A stretch of DNA of 63,687 nucleotides, counting the filler, from an uncultured Rhodopirellula sp. (GTDB lineage Bacteria > Planctomycetota > Planctomycetia > Pirellulales > Pirellulaceae): NCBI GenBank assembly GCA_964007735.1. It is 13 parts of 13 records of this genome, joined end to end, with 100 filler letters (N's around TTAATTAATTAA, not from the genome) between each part and the next. Parts side by side here need not be neighbours in the genome. Positions count along the whole stretch, not along the records: positions 17,567 to 22,762 come from CAXGAI010000108.1; positions 22,863 to 27,789 come from CAXGAI010000110.1; positions 27,890 to 32,776 come from CAXGAI010000111.1; 10 more parts are not named here. One strand, written 5' to 3'. The first letter of the stretch is position 1. Each line of letters opens with the position of its first letter. Positions 17,567 to 27,941 of this stretch are shown piece by piece. A program made the translations under genes and the position numbers. The notes beneath the pieces are model-generated. The model worked only from the letters and a program-made list of their open reading frames with translations, had not been told where the DNA came from and searched no databases.

Positions 17567-20005
17567 GGCTCCCCGCATCATGGTGACGGTACAGCGGTCA
17601 AGTTGAGTATTACTACTGACAACTATACTATTCCGCCGCCGCCGCCTTTTGAAAAGGAAGTCCTGCCGATCCTCCTGTCTCGCTGTGCGAATTGTCACGG
17701 AGCGCAGACTCAGGAAGCAGATTTGGCCGTCCATCAAGTAAGTAAGATTATTTACGGTGGAGAAAACGGCTCCGCACTCGTCCCCGGTAATCCGGACGCT
17801 AGTTATCTATGGACCATGATCGACCAAGATGAGATGCCACCTGAGGGGTCCGAACCCCTAACTTCCAGAGAGAAGGCGATCATTTATAGATGGATACAAA
17901 CAGGTGCGGCGACATCGGAAGATCTGTCCAACGTAAAACACCGTACCTACATAACCGATGACGATCGTCAATTCTGGTCATACCAGCTTCCACGAAAAGC
18001 TCTCCTGCCTGCAATTGCAAACTCGCATCTCGCAGAAACCGCTGTTGATAAATTCCTTTTGAATCGTCTTGAAGAAAAGTCACTTACCTATTCTGAGGTG
18101 GCACCGAAAGCTACGCTCATACGACGTCTCTATTTTGACCTCATTGGTCTTCCACCATCGCCAAGCCAAATTGAAGAGTTTTTAAGCGATACGTCGCCAG
18201 ACGCTTACTCGCAACTTGTCGATCGCCTCCTTGCTTCTCCCCGTTACGGAGAACGGTGGGGACGCCATTGGATGGATACGGTGGGATATGTCGACGTGCG
18301 CCTTTACGACGGCGACGGCACGACCGTTTACGTGAATGAAGGAATATGGCGATACCGCGACTACATCATCCAGTCGTTTAATTCAGGTAAGCCGTTTGAT
18401 GAGTTTATTCAGGAACAGCTCGCCGGAGATGAGCTAGTCGACTGGAAAAACACGGCCGATTGGTCACCGGAAGTCATGGAAAAGGTCGTGGCAACAGGTT
18501 ACTTGCGAAGTATCGAAGACCATACCTCTGAACGGCAATATGGGATAGATAGACGTTATGAAGTTATGTATGACATGATGTCGTTGGTCTCTACTAGCTT
18601 GCTCGGCATGACGTTTGAATGTGCGAGGTGTCACAACCATAAATTTGATCCGATTACACAGCGTGACTATTACAGCCTGCTTTCGTACTTTGAGTCATCG
18701 TATAACCCGAGAAACTGGCTGAGGCCACAGGATCGATGGATCCCGGATGTAGGCCCCCAAAAGCTTGAAGAACATAAAGCCCATAATGCCGCACTAGCTG
18801 CCAGGATTGCACCACTCAATCAGCAGATCCAGGCCCTGGTTAAAGAGAACACCGAAAAGGAGAGCAATGAGCACGATGCAGACATCGCTTCCTTGAAATC
18901 TCAGGTGCAACAGTTGAATGCCCAGAAGAAGTCCCATGGCAAGATTCAGGCATTGTTCGATGTAAGCAATGTGCCAATCACTAACGTGTTCCGACGTGGT
19001 GATTGTTTCAAACGTGGTATTCCGGTGAAGCCAGAGATTCCGGAAGTCTTTCATAGTTATCGAGTAGATTCGTCAGAGAGTGCAGGCAACCACCCTCCCC
19101 TGCCCGAATATACTTCCGGAAGGCGACTCGAGTTAGCTCGTTGGATTACATCACGAGAAAACCCAATGACATCGCGAGTTGTCATGAACCGTCTATGGCT
19201 TCATCATTTCGGGGAAGCGATTGTCTCCACTCCCGAGAACCTTGGCCGCAGCGGAGCACGTCCCACGCACCCTGAATTACTAGATTGGCTCGCTGTAGAG
19301 TTTCAGGACTCGGGCTGGGACATGAAGCACATGCATCGTCTGGTACTCAATTCACGTGCATACAAACAGTCTTCAAAGAGGCCTGAGGAGGAATCCAAAG
19401 CAGAAGCTTTAGATCCAGGTAATTCACTGCTCTGGCGGCAAAATCTCAAGCGACTGGAATCCGAGTTAATTCGTGACGCAATTCTATCGGCATCGAATCA
19501 GATCAATTTACAGGCATTCGGACCTCCTGCTGGGATTACCAAACCAGTTTCAGGATTGTCGATGGTTGAAGCAGGAGCAAGTGGTTATGAGCATCAACGT
19601 CGTAGCGTGTATGTATTTGCACGGCGTGTTTACCCGCTTAAGTTCCTAGAGATTTTTGATTCGCCAATTATGGCCGTCAATTGCAGCCGGCGTAGTAACT
19701 CAACCACCGTGCTTCAGTCCTTTGTACAGCTAAACAGTGACTTTGTGATCGGTGCGGCAGATGCCACAGCAACGCAGCTAATTGCAATTCATGCCAGCGA
19801 TGATACGCCTGCCATTATCCAGGATGCATTTACAGTAATTCTAGGGCGTAGGCCAAGTGCAGATGAATCAGCGATTTGCCTTCAACATGTCACAGAGCAA
19901 TCCGCTGCATTTGAGACTGCCAATCCAGGAGACGGCTATCGTTTGGCAGTTGCTGATCTTTGCCACATGTTACTTTGTATGAACGAATTCCTTTACGTCG
20001 ATTAG
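17567..20005 (+). CDS. Planctomycete cytochrome c / DUF1549 (PSCyt2) / DUF1553 (PSD1) protein, probably 5' truncated
   Basis: CANCH and CARCHNHKFDPI; LIRRLYFDLIGLPP; YGERWGRHWMD; PTHPELLDWLA; NEFLYVD. Confidence 0.92.
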   Translation, partial: GSPHHGDGTAVKLSITTDNYTIPPPPPFEKEVLPILLSRCANCHGAQTQEADLAVHQVSKIIYGGENGSALVPGNPDASYLWTMIDQDEMPPEGSEPLTSREKAIIYRWIQTGAATSEDLSNVKHRTYITDDDRQFWSYQLPRKALLPAIANSHLAETAVDKFLLNRLEEKSLTYSEVAPKATLIRRLYFDLIGLPPSPSQIEEFLSDTSPDAYSQLVDRLLASPRYGERWGRHWMDTVGYVDVRLYDGDGTTVYVNEGIWRYRDYIIQSFNSGKPFDEFIQEQLAGDELVDWKNTADWSPEVMEKVVATGYLRSIEDHTSERQYGIDRRYEVMYDMMSLVSTSLLGMTFECARCHNHKFDPITQRDYYSLLSYFESSYNPRNWLRPQDRWIPDVGPQKLEEHKAHNAALAARIAPLNQQIQALVKENTEKESNEHDADIASLKSQVQQLNAQKKSHGKIQALFDVSNVPITNVFRRGDCFKRGIPVKPEIPEVFHSYRVDSSESAGNHPPLPEYTSGRRLELARWITSRENPMTSRVVMNRLWLHHFGEAIVSTPENLGRSGARPTHPELLDWLAVEFQDSGWDMKHMHRLVLNSRAYKQSSKRPEEESKAEALDPGNSLLWRQNLKRLESELIRDAILSASNQINLQAFGPPAGITKPVSGLSMVEAGASGYEHQRRSVYVFARRVYPLKFLEIFDSPIMAVNCSRRSNSTTVLQSFVQLNSDFVIGAADATATQLIAIHASDDTPAIIQDAFTVILGRRPSADESAICLQHVTEQSAAFETANPGDGYRLAVADLCHMLLCMNEFLYVD

Positions 20006-20035
20006 TAAAACTTGAAGCGGTATTAAACAACTGAA

Positions 20036-21472
20036 ATGACAGATCGATTCACTAACGTAAGATTCTTATCACGTCGGCAAGCACTTACTGCCTGCAGCAT
20101 GAGCTTAAGTGGGTTAGCTTTGCATGGCATGTTGCACGCTGAAACAGAGGGCGAGCAGCGAACATCATTTGATATGAAACCGCGTGCACCAAGCAGGCCT
20201 GCTCAGGCCAATGCCCTTATCCAGCTGTTTCAGAATGGTGGTCCCTCTCAGATGGATCTATTTGATCCTAAGCCAGCGTTAAAGAAGTATGCCGGCACGC
20301 CTCATCCCGATGAACTTGAGACGTTCCAATTGGGCAATAAAAACGTCATTTACCCACCTCAGTTCGAAATTACCCAGCATGGTGAGAGTGGTATGCACTT
20401 TGGCTCGCCTCTTCCGCATATGGCTGGCATGGCTGATGAATGGTGTATGATTCGCTCGATGCACACGGAAAACAATAATCACCCATTCGCCATTAGTATG
20501 TTTCAATCTGGCAAGCCATTTTTCGGTTACCCTTCTCTGGGGTCTTGGATTACATATGGACTCGGCAGCGAAAATCAGGATTTGCCAGGCTACATCGTTC
20601 TGCGTGATCCGGCAGGCTACAACACTTCGGGTAAAGCTGTTTGGTCGAGTGGTTGGATGCCTGCGCTCTATCAGGGGACGGAATTCAATAGTCAGGGTAA
20701 CGCCGTACACCATTTACACCCAAGGGCAAAGCGAGATTCAGATTCGCAACGACGTTCCCTCAGTTTGCTTTCGTCACTGAATAGTAAGCACTTGAAGGCC
20801 CATCCTCGTGAATTCGAGCTCGAGGCGAGGATTCGCAATTTTGAATTGGCTGCGAGAATGCAGCTCGCGGCAGAGGAACTCCTAGATATTTCTCAGGAGA
20901 CTGAAGAGACATTGGGTCTATATGGAATCGACAACCCAATCACTGCGGGCTATGGGACTCGCTGTCTTATGGCGCGTCGATTGATTGAAGCCGGCGTTCG
21001 GTATGTGCAAGTCTTCCCACCCCTACAACCTAGCTTCCAGCCGTGGGATAGCCACGGATCATTGAAGTCCGGAATTGAGACGATATCCGCGCGGGTCGAC
21101 AAGCCTTCGGCCGCGTTGGTGCAAGACTTAAAGCAGAGAGGTTTATTGGATGAGACGATCGTCATGTGGAGTGGTGAGTTTGGGCGTCTTCCAATTACTG
21201 AAGGTTCAAATGGGCGAGACCACAATCGCAATGCCTTTACGACTTTGCTTGCTGGTGGTGGCTTTAAGGCAGGTTTGACCTATGGAAGCACAGATGACTT
21301 TGGCTATGCCGCCGTTGAAAATCGAGTAAGTGTACCTGATTTGCATGCCACGATTTTCCATCAGCTTGGCATCGACCACACCAAGTTGTCGTTTCAGCAT
21401 AAAGGCCGAAACGAGCGACTAACGGACCCAGAGGTAACCGGCGCTCGCATCCGTTCCGAAGTGTTGGCCTAA
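20036..21472 (+). CDS. DUF1501 family protein (Tat-like N-terminus)
   Basis: SRRQAL; GGPSQMDLFDPKP; CLMARRLIEAGVRYVQ; WSGEFGRLP; GRDHN. Confidence 0.92.
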   Translation: MTDRFTNVRFLSRRQALTACSMSLSGLALHGMLHAETEGEQRTSFDMKPRAPSRPAQANALIQLFQNGGPSQMDLFDPKPALKKYAGTPHPDELETFQLGNKNVIYPPQFEITQHGESGMHFGSPLPHMAGMADEWCMIRSMHTENNNHPFAISMFQSGKPFFGYPSLGSWITYGLGSENQDLPGYIVLRDPAGYNTSGKAVWSSGWMPALYQGTEFNSQGNAVHHLHPRAKRDSDSQRRSLSLLSSLNSKHLKAHPREFELEARIRNFELAARMQLAAEELLDISQETEETLGLYGIDNPITAGYGTRCLMARRLIEAGVRYVQVFPPLQPSFQPWDSHGSLKSGIETISARVDKPSAALVQDLKQRGLLDETIVMWSGEFGRLPITEGSNGRDHNRNAFTTLLAGGGFKAGLTYGSTDDFGYAAVENRVSVPDLHATIFHQLGIDHTKLSFQHKGRNERLTDPEVTGARIRSEVLA

Positions 21473-21727
21473 TCGGGACAACCAGTATTTGAGTGGCTGG
21501 ATAAAAATTCATTGTTTATTAATACTTTGGGTCACAGGTGGAGAGAGAAATCAGTAAGAACCTTCTTAAAGCTGAAAAGACTAGAAATGTTATAGCGGAC
21601 AAATATTTCATCGTTAACTTGCCACCAGACTCCCCACTAATTCCGAGATAAGAGCCTGCTTGAGGTTGGTACTAAATAGTGTCTGAAGCAGTTTGAACTG
21701 CTCAACGACAACCTTCTCGTGCAAATA

Positions 21728-21746
21728 TGCGTCGGATTCTGCGTCG
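21728..21746. repeat. Direct repeat TGCGTCG x2 (12-bp period), candidate arm-type integrase site
   Basis: TGCGTCG-gattc-TGCGTCG about 45 bp left of the att core. Confidence 0.55.
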
Positions 21747-21789
21747 CGCTCAACACAAATCGCTCTAGATCCCGTAGAAAACGGCAAAA

Positions 21790-21811
21790 GTTCGAGTCCC
21801 TCATCGCCCAC
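21790..21811 (+). mobile_element. att core: isolated 3' end of a tRNA (probably tRNA-Val)
   Basis: GTTCGAGTCCCTCATCGCCCAC = T-loop, 3' T-stem, acceptor 3' strand ATCGCCC and discriminator A; no tRNA 5' half upstream. Confidence 0.7.
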
Positions 21812-21931
21812 TCAGGCATTTCCTGTGACTGACCGTGAAGGTCGATGATGGGAAATGCCTTGTTTTTTAGGGTCGGCGAATTTGTTACTAAGGCCGGTGT
21901 CGAGCGCTGACTGTTCCGGACGTGTGAAGTT

Positions 21932-21951
21932 GCCCCCACCTGAGCCCCCAC
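21932..21951. repeat. Direct repeat GCCCCCAC x2 (12-bp period), candidate arm-type integrase site
   Basis: GCCCCCAC-ctga-GCCCCCAC about 120 bp right of the att core. Confidence 0.55.
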
Positions 21952-22273
21952 GAACCTCGTCTCAGGTGCCAGTGTTTGTTCACCATCGGAAACCTTGCAG
22001 CTAGTAGTTCGGTGATAGTGGTCATCTGTTACTTGCAAGTAATGTTTCTGTGCGAGTCTTTTATTGCACAGGATAGCTATGAAATTCTCGATTGTCCCAA
22101 GAGGCGAAAGCGGACAAGCACCCTATTTTGAGTTTGCCAGAACCATACTTGAACCTCTATTTATTGTATTTCTGAGGCGATAGGCGTCAAGTGGCCTATG
22201 TAAAAGTAAGAAATTGCCTAATCTTTACAGATTATCCAAAAGTCATAGAAGTAACTTTTTCGATACAAAATAG

Positions 22274-22762
22274 GTGGGATTTGGAGAAGGAGATTTTATT
22301 ATGTCTTTTATCGGACTCGTAAATAAACAAATTGTAACCGTTACGATTATTTCGGCCGCAGTTGTGCTGTTACAGTCTGAAATGTTCGGTCAGGATTTTC
22401 CTCAGCAGTCTACTTTTATGCTCACGGATCGTGAAAATAGTGATTTCATGCTGGCTAAGTACTCAGTTGAACGTTTTGAGAGTTCTGACTATTCCTACGC
22501 CAATACCCTTAAACCTAGAAAACAGCAACGTAAGGCACTAAGTTTTAGCCAGGAACTGGAAAAGATGATGGCGGATTCACCGCTGTATTATGGGGTGGAG
22601 CATTCGAACTGGAAGATGCGTCGCCGGGATCTTGATTTCGCAGTGACGCACTCTGGCTCTGCTTTGGCGATTGGTAGTGGTGAGATTAAAGAACTTTCTT
22701 TCGATCGTGATGATAACTTCAAGGCGATTTTAGGATTTAAGCTCGACGATGGCTGGAAGGCC
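22274..22762 (+). CDS. Hypothetical protein with N-terminal hydrophobic segment, 3' truncated
   Basis: ORF track; GAAGGAG RBS before ATG at 22301. Confidence 0.55.
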
Positions 22763-22862
22763 NNNNNNNNNNNNNNNNNNNNNNNNNNNNNNNNNNNNNN
22801 NNNNNNTTAATTAATTAANNNNNNNNNNNNNNNNNNNNNNNNNNNNNNNNNNNNNNNNNNNN
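22763..22862. other. Artificial contig linker
   Basis: N44-TTAATTAATTAA-N44. Confidence 0.99.
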
Positions 22863-23196
22863 CTACATTATTACTTGTCCCGTATGTAATTATGTTATTA
22901 ATTCCTAGTTTTTTTGCTTTACTAGTAATTATATCACTGTAATTGGTATCATAGTTAAATATTAAACAACCATCTTTTTTCAAATAATTTAATATTTCAC
23001 TTTTTGCAAAAGCTATATTTTTTAAGTTTTTTAGACCTGATAAATGAGATTTTTCAACAGCTGTTATTATTGCTACATCAGGTTTTACTAATTTAGAAAG
23101 CTTATTTATTTCACCCTTTCTATTCATTCCTAATTCTAAAATACAGTATTTTGCTTGCTCAGGTATCCTAGAAAGAGTTAAGGGAACTCCAATATG
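22863..23196 (-). CDS. murF: Internal fragment of UDP-MurNAc-tripeptide D-Ala-D-Ala ligase (very AT-rich, chimeric junction at about 23196)
   Basis: HIGVPLTLSRIP...CILELGMNRKGEINKLSKLVKPDVAIITAVEKSHL...IAFAKSEI. Confidence 0.85.
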
Positions 23197-23742
23197 AAAA
23201 CGTTTGCCAATGTCCTGATTTTAATTGTCCTTACAAATACCTCTCATGCACAAGACAAAAATCAACATCAATCATCTCCCGAGGAATTCAAAGAATTCTG
23301 TGAAAAGATGGAAGGTAGATGGGTCACTCAGCAAAAAGTAACGACAGTCTGGCCCAAGCTTGGATTTAAAGAGGGTGACACGCTGACTCACTATGCCGAT
23401 TTCCACAGTGATCTCGATGGGATAGTTCTTGTTGCCGATCACAAATTCGGCAACATTAAGTGGCGCGTCACATACCATTACGATGCGGTAAATTCACGAA
23501 TTTGTTCTAGTGGGAATGGAAGCAATGGATTCTGGTCACGCGGATTTGTTTGGCGAACCTCTAAGAATGAATTTGCTTACCGTCTTGATGGAGGACAAAC
23601 CAATGGGCAGAATTTCTCAAGTTCCGGAATAATGGCTACATCCGCTGATGGTAAAACTTTCACCGCCTCTTCCGGAGATACGCGTCTTGGCGACGGTGGA
23701 AAAGCTAAAAGTCAGGAGATCTACAAACGGATATCAAATTAA
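23194..23742 (+). CDS. Secreted hypothetical protein
   Basis: Signal peptide ending SHA-Q; beta-rich body starting EEFKEFCEKMEGRWV. Confidence 0.65.
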   Translation: MKTFANVLILIVLTNTSHAQDKNQHQSSPEEFKEFCEKMEGRWVTQQKVTTVWPKLGFKEGDTLTHYADFHSDLDGIVLVADHKFGNIKWRVTYHYDAVNSRICSSGNGSNGFWSRGFVWRTSKNEFAYRLDGGQTNGQNFSSSGIMATSADGKTFTASSGDTRLGDGGKAKSQEIYKRISN

Positions 23743-23851
23743 CTTTTTATCAGCCTGGGACAGATTACAGGCTTTGAATTAGAAGAAATCACAGGCACTG
23801 TATTTCAAATGACCAAGCGTGCATGGCTTGCTTTCAATGGCCGACGGGCGA

Positions 23852-23932
23852 GCCGAAAGCCTGAGTAAGGTTTAAGTTCTCACCATCTCAGATATCCTCC
23901 AACCCCTCATCGACAAATACATGAACCAGTAG
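23852..23932 (+). pseudogene. Decayed 3' end of a paralogue of the downstream LRR gene
   Basis: AESLSKV*VLTISDILQPLIDKYMNQ* aligns to AESLRKVADLFIPEDLQPLIDKYKKP* (25055-25135); shared CAACCCCTCATCGACAAATACA. Confidence 0.75.
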
Positions 23933-23956
23933 CGTCGGTGAAAGAGGGAACACCAC

Positions 23957-25135
23957 ATGACTTTTAATTCTAAATACTTTTCAATCTGGGTACCGATTTG
24001 GTTAGTTAGCTTTGCTATTGGTTTTGCAATCGTCCATTCCGTAATTGGCAGAGGAGATAACAACTCCATAACTGTAAGAAGCGCAATCGCTCAAGCTGAT
24101 ACGACAACTAAGCTAGCTCCACCGACTACAAATGAAGTCACTCGACAGGCTACAAATCAAAAACCAACAAGTGAGCGGAATCTTCTAAAAGAAAAGGCTT
24201 TAGCCGAGGAACTCATTCAACAGGTTAATTCGAGTGGGGAAATTACGAATGAACAGGCAGAAACTCTTGGCAAGGCTTTTGTCTATTCAATTGAATTAAA
24301 TAACTTAACTTCCATTTCTGACGAACAAGTAGAGTTGCTGAGTAAGGCTGGCCGCATTGAACTTAACGGCCTAAATTCCATTACGGAAGCACAGGCTGAG
24401 TTTTTCAGCTCTTGTTCTTCTCTTGAATTAAATGGGCTTATCTCCTTAAACGACTCACAGGCGGAAAGCCTGAGCAAAATAAAATTCCTGTCTTTAAACG
24501 GACTAACAAGCATTACGGCTAAACAAGCGGCAAGCCTAAGCAAAGTCTTAATCCTAAAAATCGATGGCTTACGTGATAAGGCCAAAGGAATTATGCAAAC
24601 GGTGAACAAGCTAGGGACTATTTCAGATGAGCAAGCCGAACTGCTAAGTATTATTTTCATTGCTGATGATACGCAGCAAGGTTTGCGGTTAAATGGTGCA
24701 ACTTCCATTACCGACAAACAAGCAGGGTGGCTAAGTAAGGCCAACAGCATTCAACTCAGCGGCTTAACTTCTATTACGGAAAAGCAGGCTGAGTTTCTTG
24801 GTTCCAGTTCGTGGCTTGAATTAAACGGACTAACCTCTCTGACTGATAGGCAGGCGGTAAGTCTAAGCAATGTCGATTATCTTAATCTAAACGGATTAAC
24901 ATCGATCACAGACGAACAGGCCCAAAGTATAGGTAAAGTTAAGTTGCTTAGTTTAAACGGCTTAACTTCCATTACTGACCAGCAAGCAGAAAACCTGAGT
25001 AAAGTTAAAAACAGCCTTCTTTTAGATGGCTTAAGATCCATCACGGACGCACAAGCAGAAAGCCTTAGGAAGGTTGCAGATCTCTTCATCCCAGAGGACC
25101 TTCAACCCCTCATCGACAAATACAAGAAGCCGTAG
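23957..25135 (+). CDS. Membrane-anchored leucine-rich-repeat protein (about 21-aa repeats)
   Basis: N-terminal TM helix; many LxLNGLTSITDxQAxxLSKxx repeats. Confidence 0.85.
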   Translation: MTFNSKYFSIWVPIWLVSFAIGFAIVHSVIGRGDNNSITVRSAIAQADTTTKLAPPTTNEVTRQATNQKPTSERNLLKEKALAEELIQQVNSSGEITNEQAETLGKAFVYSIELNNLTSISDEQVELLSKAGRIELNGLNSITEAQAEFFSSCSSLELNGLISLNDSQAESLSKIKFLSLNGLTSITAKQAASLSKVLILKIDGLRDKAKGIMQTVNKLGTISDEQAELLSIIFIADDTQQGLRLNGATSITDKQAGWLSKANSIQLSGLTSITEKQAEFLGSSSWLELNGLTSLTDRQAVSLSNVDYLNLNGLTSITDEQAQSIGKVKLLSLNGLTSITDQQAENLSKVKNSLLLDGLRSITDAQAESLRKVADLFIPEDLQPLIDKYKKP

Positions 25136-25239
25136 CTGGAGTCGGCACGTCGCTCCACCTTTTGCCCTCCGACACACGCATGCGGTAGGATGTGTCTGAT
25201 AAGCCGATGACGGATACGGTGGTGATTTGAAATTATCAC

Positions 25240-26748
25240 TCATCGTTTGTGAGGCTGCAACTGCACGTACTTTTTCAGTTGGCCAGACAGTGCAGTCCGC
25301 ACTTCAGAATATTGTGGGTCGGCAGCAAGATTGGCGACTTCGTCTGAGTCGGTCGAGTGATCGTAAAGCTCACGGCCGGCCTTACCTTCCAGCCATTCGG
25401 TGTAGCGATAGCGTTCGGTGCGAATCGAATAGCCCCAGGCCTTCCGGCCATACCACACCTGTGTGACGGCTGGCTTCGTCCAGTCTCCGCTGCTTGGAGC
25501 GGCCAGGAGCGTGCGAAGTGACTCTCCTTCAAGGTTTTCGGGCGGCTTGAGCCCACACAAATCAGCGAGCGTGGGGTACACGTCAAGCAGCTCAACAGGC
25601 TTCAACGATGTCTTTCCCCGACTCAAACCGGGAGCCGCAATGATGAGGGGCATACGAGCCGAACGTTCGAATGCTTTACGCTTGTACCACAAGCCTTTTT
25701 CACCCAGAAAATAACCGTGGTCCGACCAAAATACGATAATTGTGTTCTGCAGGAGGCCGTGTTCTTCCAACGCATCCAACAGGCGACCGACTTGAGCATC
25801 CACGAACGAGATCGTTGCATAGTAGGCCTGCTTGCACTTCCGAGCCTCCTCGACGCTGACATCTTTGAAATAGAATGGCCAGTTCTTCATGTCGCGCAAA
25901 ACCGCCATCGCCGGAACGTCTTCGAGGTCGCGTTTCGCAGCCTCAAGATCGGGCATGTTGATTCGATCAAGCGGGTAAAGGTCGAAGTATTTCTTCGGAG
26001 CCACATAGGGGCAGTGCGGGTTAAAGAACCCTGCGGCAAGGAAGAACGGCTTGTTCTTATTCTGCCCGATTAGCTCGACAATCTCGGAGGCGACCATACC
26101 ATCTGTGTGTTCGTCATCGCGGCTTACCGGATCCCACCAGGCCATACTGACACCAAGGTTTCTGTTGTTTTCCTGGCCAGCACCGTAACGAGTAATCCTT
26201 TCCTGCTGTGATCGATCAATGCCGATCGGATTGTGACGCTCATCCCAAGTTGCCATGTCGTCGTTGCCGTCAGTTCCAATCATACTGGGATTGCCGTAGT
26301 GATAAATCTTTCCTGCGCGAGCAGAGTAGTACCCGTTGTTTCGAAACAACTGTCCTAGTGTGACAACCTCCGGGTTCTTCTCCCGTAATTCATGCTTCAG
26401 CGTATGCATGTCGAGTGTGTCCGGCCGCAGGCCCGTCATGATGCTGGCACGACTAGGCCCACACAGGGGCTGTTGGCAGTAAGCCGCGTCAAACCGTACT
26501 CCCATTCTGCACAGCCGATCCAGATTTGGCGTCTTCACCAGCGGATGGCCGTACGCTCCGAGGTCACAGTTCATATCGTCGGCGGCGATAAACAGGACAT
26601 TCGGTTTTCCGGCCGCGAATGCGACTGAGTCACTGAGAAGAAAGACGCTTGCGTGAAGACACATCGCTACAGCGATAAGCAACTTTGGTTTAATGGTCAC
26701 GTGGTACCCTTCAGATTTCGGGCCATGAACTGAATTCCGGTCGGTCAT
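25240..26748 (-). CDS. Sulfatase (iduronate-2-sulfatase/choline-sulfatase-like, S1)
   Basis: NVLFIAADD, LCGPSRASIMTG (FGly motif), GKIYH, PHCPY, WSDHG. Confidence 0.92.
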   Translation of the reverse strand: MTDRNSVHGPKSEGYHVTIKPKLLIAVAMCLHASVFLLSDSVAFAAGKPNVLFIAADDMNCDLGAYGHPLVKTPNLDRLCRMGVRFDAAYCQQPLCGPSRASIMTGLRPDTLDMHTLKHELREKNPEVVTLGQLFRNNGYYSARAGKIYHYGNPSMIGTDGNDDMATWDERHNPIGIDRSQQERITRYGAGQENNRNLGVSMAWWDPVSRDDEHTDGMVASEIVELIGQNKNKPFFLAAGFFNPHCPYVAPKKYFDLYPLDRINMPDLEAAKRDLEDVPAMAVLRDMKNWPFYFKDVSVEEARKCKQAYYATISFVDAQVGRLLDALEEHGLLQNTIIVFWSDHGYFLGEKGLWYKRKAFERSARMPLIIAAPGLSRGKTSLKPVELLDVYPTLADLCGLKPPENLEGESLRTLLAAPSSGDWTKPAVTQVWYGRKAWGYSIRTERYRYTEWLEGKAGRELYDHSTDSDEVANLAADPQYSEVRTALSGQLKKYVQLQPHKR

Positions 26749-27789
26749 TTTTTGTTCCAGTCAGGATTTGGTTTTGGGACATTCGCGCCAACGGACTCTC
26801 TCCATTTATCCAGCTGCTGTTTCAACTCTTTCGCTCGCGCGGGATACGTTTTCGCAAGATCGGTGCGTTCACTTCTGTCGTTCGCGAGATCGAACAGTTC
26901 GACGCGATCATCTTCGTAGTAGTGGATCAGCTTCCAGTTTCCGCTACGGACGGCACTAGCTGGCGTCATACGTGGATAGTAATGGGGATAGTGCCAGAAC
27001 AGAGCTCTGGGCGGGAGTTTCTTCTGCTCACCCTTTAACAGAGGGAGCAGGTTGACGCCGTCGTTTTGCGGGACGTCGTCACCTTGTATTCCAATTCCGG
27101 TGGCCAGTGTCGAATAGAAGTCCTGCGACAGCACCGGCTCATCGCAGACGCTTCCGGGTTGAGTAATGCCGGGCCAGTGAATCATCAGTGGTACGCGAAT
27201 GCCCCCTTCGTAAAGGGTACCCTTGCCGGAACGCCACGGGCTATTGCTGGTCGGAGGAGCTCCGGCTGACTTTCCCGACGGAAAGTCTACTCCGCCATTA
27301 TCGCTGGTGAGGATTACGATTGTGTCGCGGTCAAGTTTCAATTGCTTTAGCGTGAGGAGAAGACGGCCGACATTCTCATCAAGGCTGGCCAGCATGGCCG
27401 CGTAGACGGCGTGCTTATGAATCACCCCGGGTTGCTTGTCTTTAAAGTGGGCAATTGCGTCCTGCTTCGCTTCAATCGGTGTATGCACCGTGTGGTACCA
27501 CAAACTCAAAAAGAAGGGGTGTTCCTTCTGCTCGTTGATCAGTCGGATTGCGTGATCGGTCAGTTTGTCTGTCAGATATTCGCCTGGCTTTCCTGTGCCA
27601 ACGGGGACGTATCGTAATTCCGGATCAGACTTTGACCAGGCTCCGCGGTATGGATAGAAAAACGTGCTGGGAGCACCCCAGTACGTCCCGCCGATGTTGA
27701 TATCGAAGCCCTGAGTCTCGGGATAGTAGGCCGACCGACCGAGATGCCACTTACCAATGTGAGCCGTAAAATAACTCTGCTGTTTGAAG
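26745..27789 (-). CDS. Sulfatase (arylsulfatase-like, S1), 5' truncated
   Basis: Frame open to the linker: TAHIGKWHLG, GFDINIGG, VHTP, TSDNGG, GKGTLYEGGIRVP, WHYPHY. Confidence 0.9.
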
Positions 27790-27889
27790 NNNNNNNNNNN
27801 NNNNNNNNNNNNNNNNNNNNNNNNNNNNNNNNNTTAATTAATTAANNNNNNNNNNNNNNNNNNNNNNNNNNNNNNNNNNNNNNNNNNNN
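27790..27889. other. Artificial contig linker
   Basis: N44-TTAATTAATTAA-N44. Confidence 0.99.
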
Positions 27890-27941
27890 TTGATCTGGAA
27901 AAAGCATTTATGACACTTACTAAGGGTACCGGTGCAAACTT

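Larger units (their letters stand above)
21637..22053 (-). pseudogene. C-terminal remnant of a planctomycete-type tyrosine integrase (frame reads on through the att region)
   Basis: AQKHYLQVTDDHY resembles the catalytic-Tyr tail of PVC tyrosine recombinases; upstream catalytic core absent; adjacent to a tRNA 3' fragment. Confidence 0.6.

Noticed and set aside
21740..21811. Intact tRNA gene
   Set aside because: Only the T-loop and acceptor 3' strand exist; upstream bases cannot form the D arm, anticodon arm or acceptor 5' strand.
23852..25135. Diversity-generating retroelement TR/VR pair at the LRR gene 3' end
   Set aside because: Mismatches between the copies involve all bases, not only adenines; no reverse transcriptase is on the contig.
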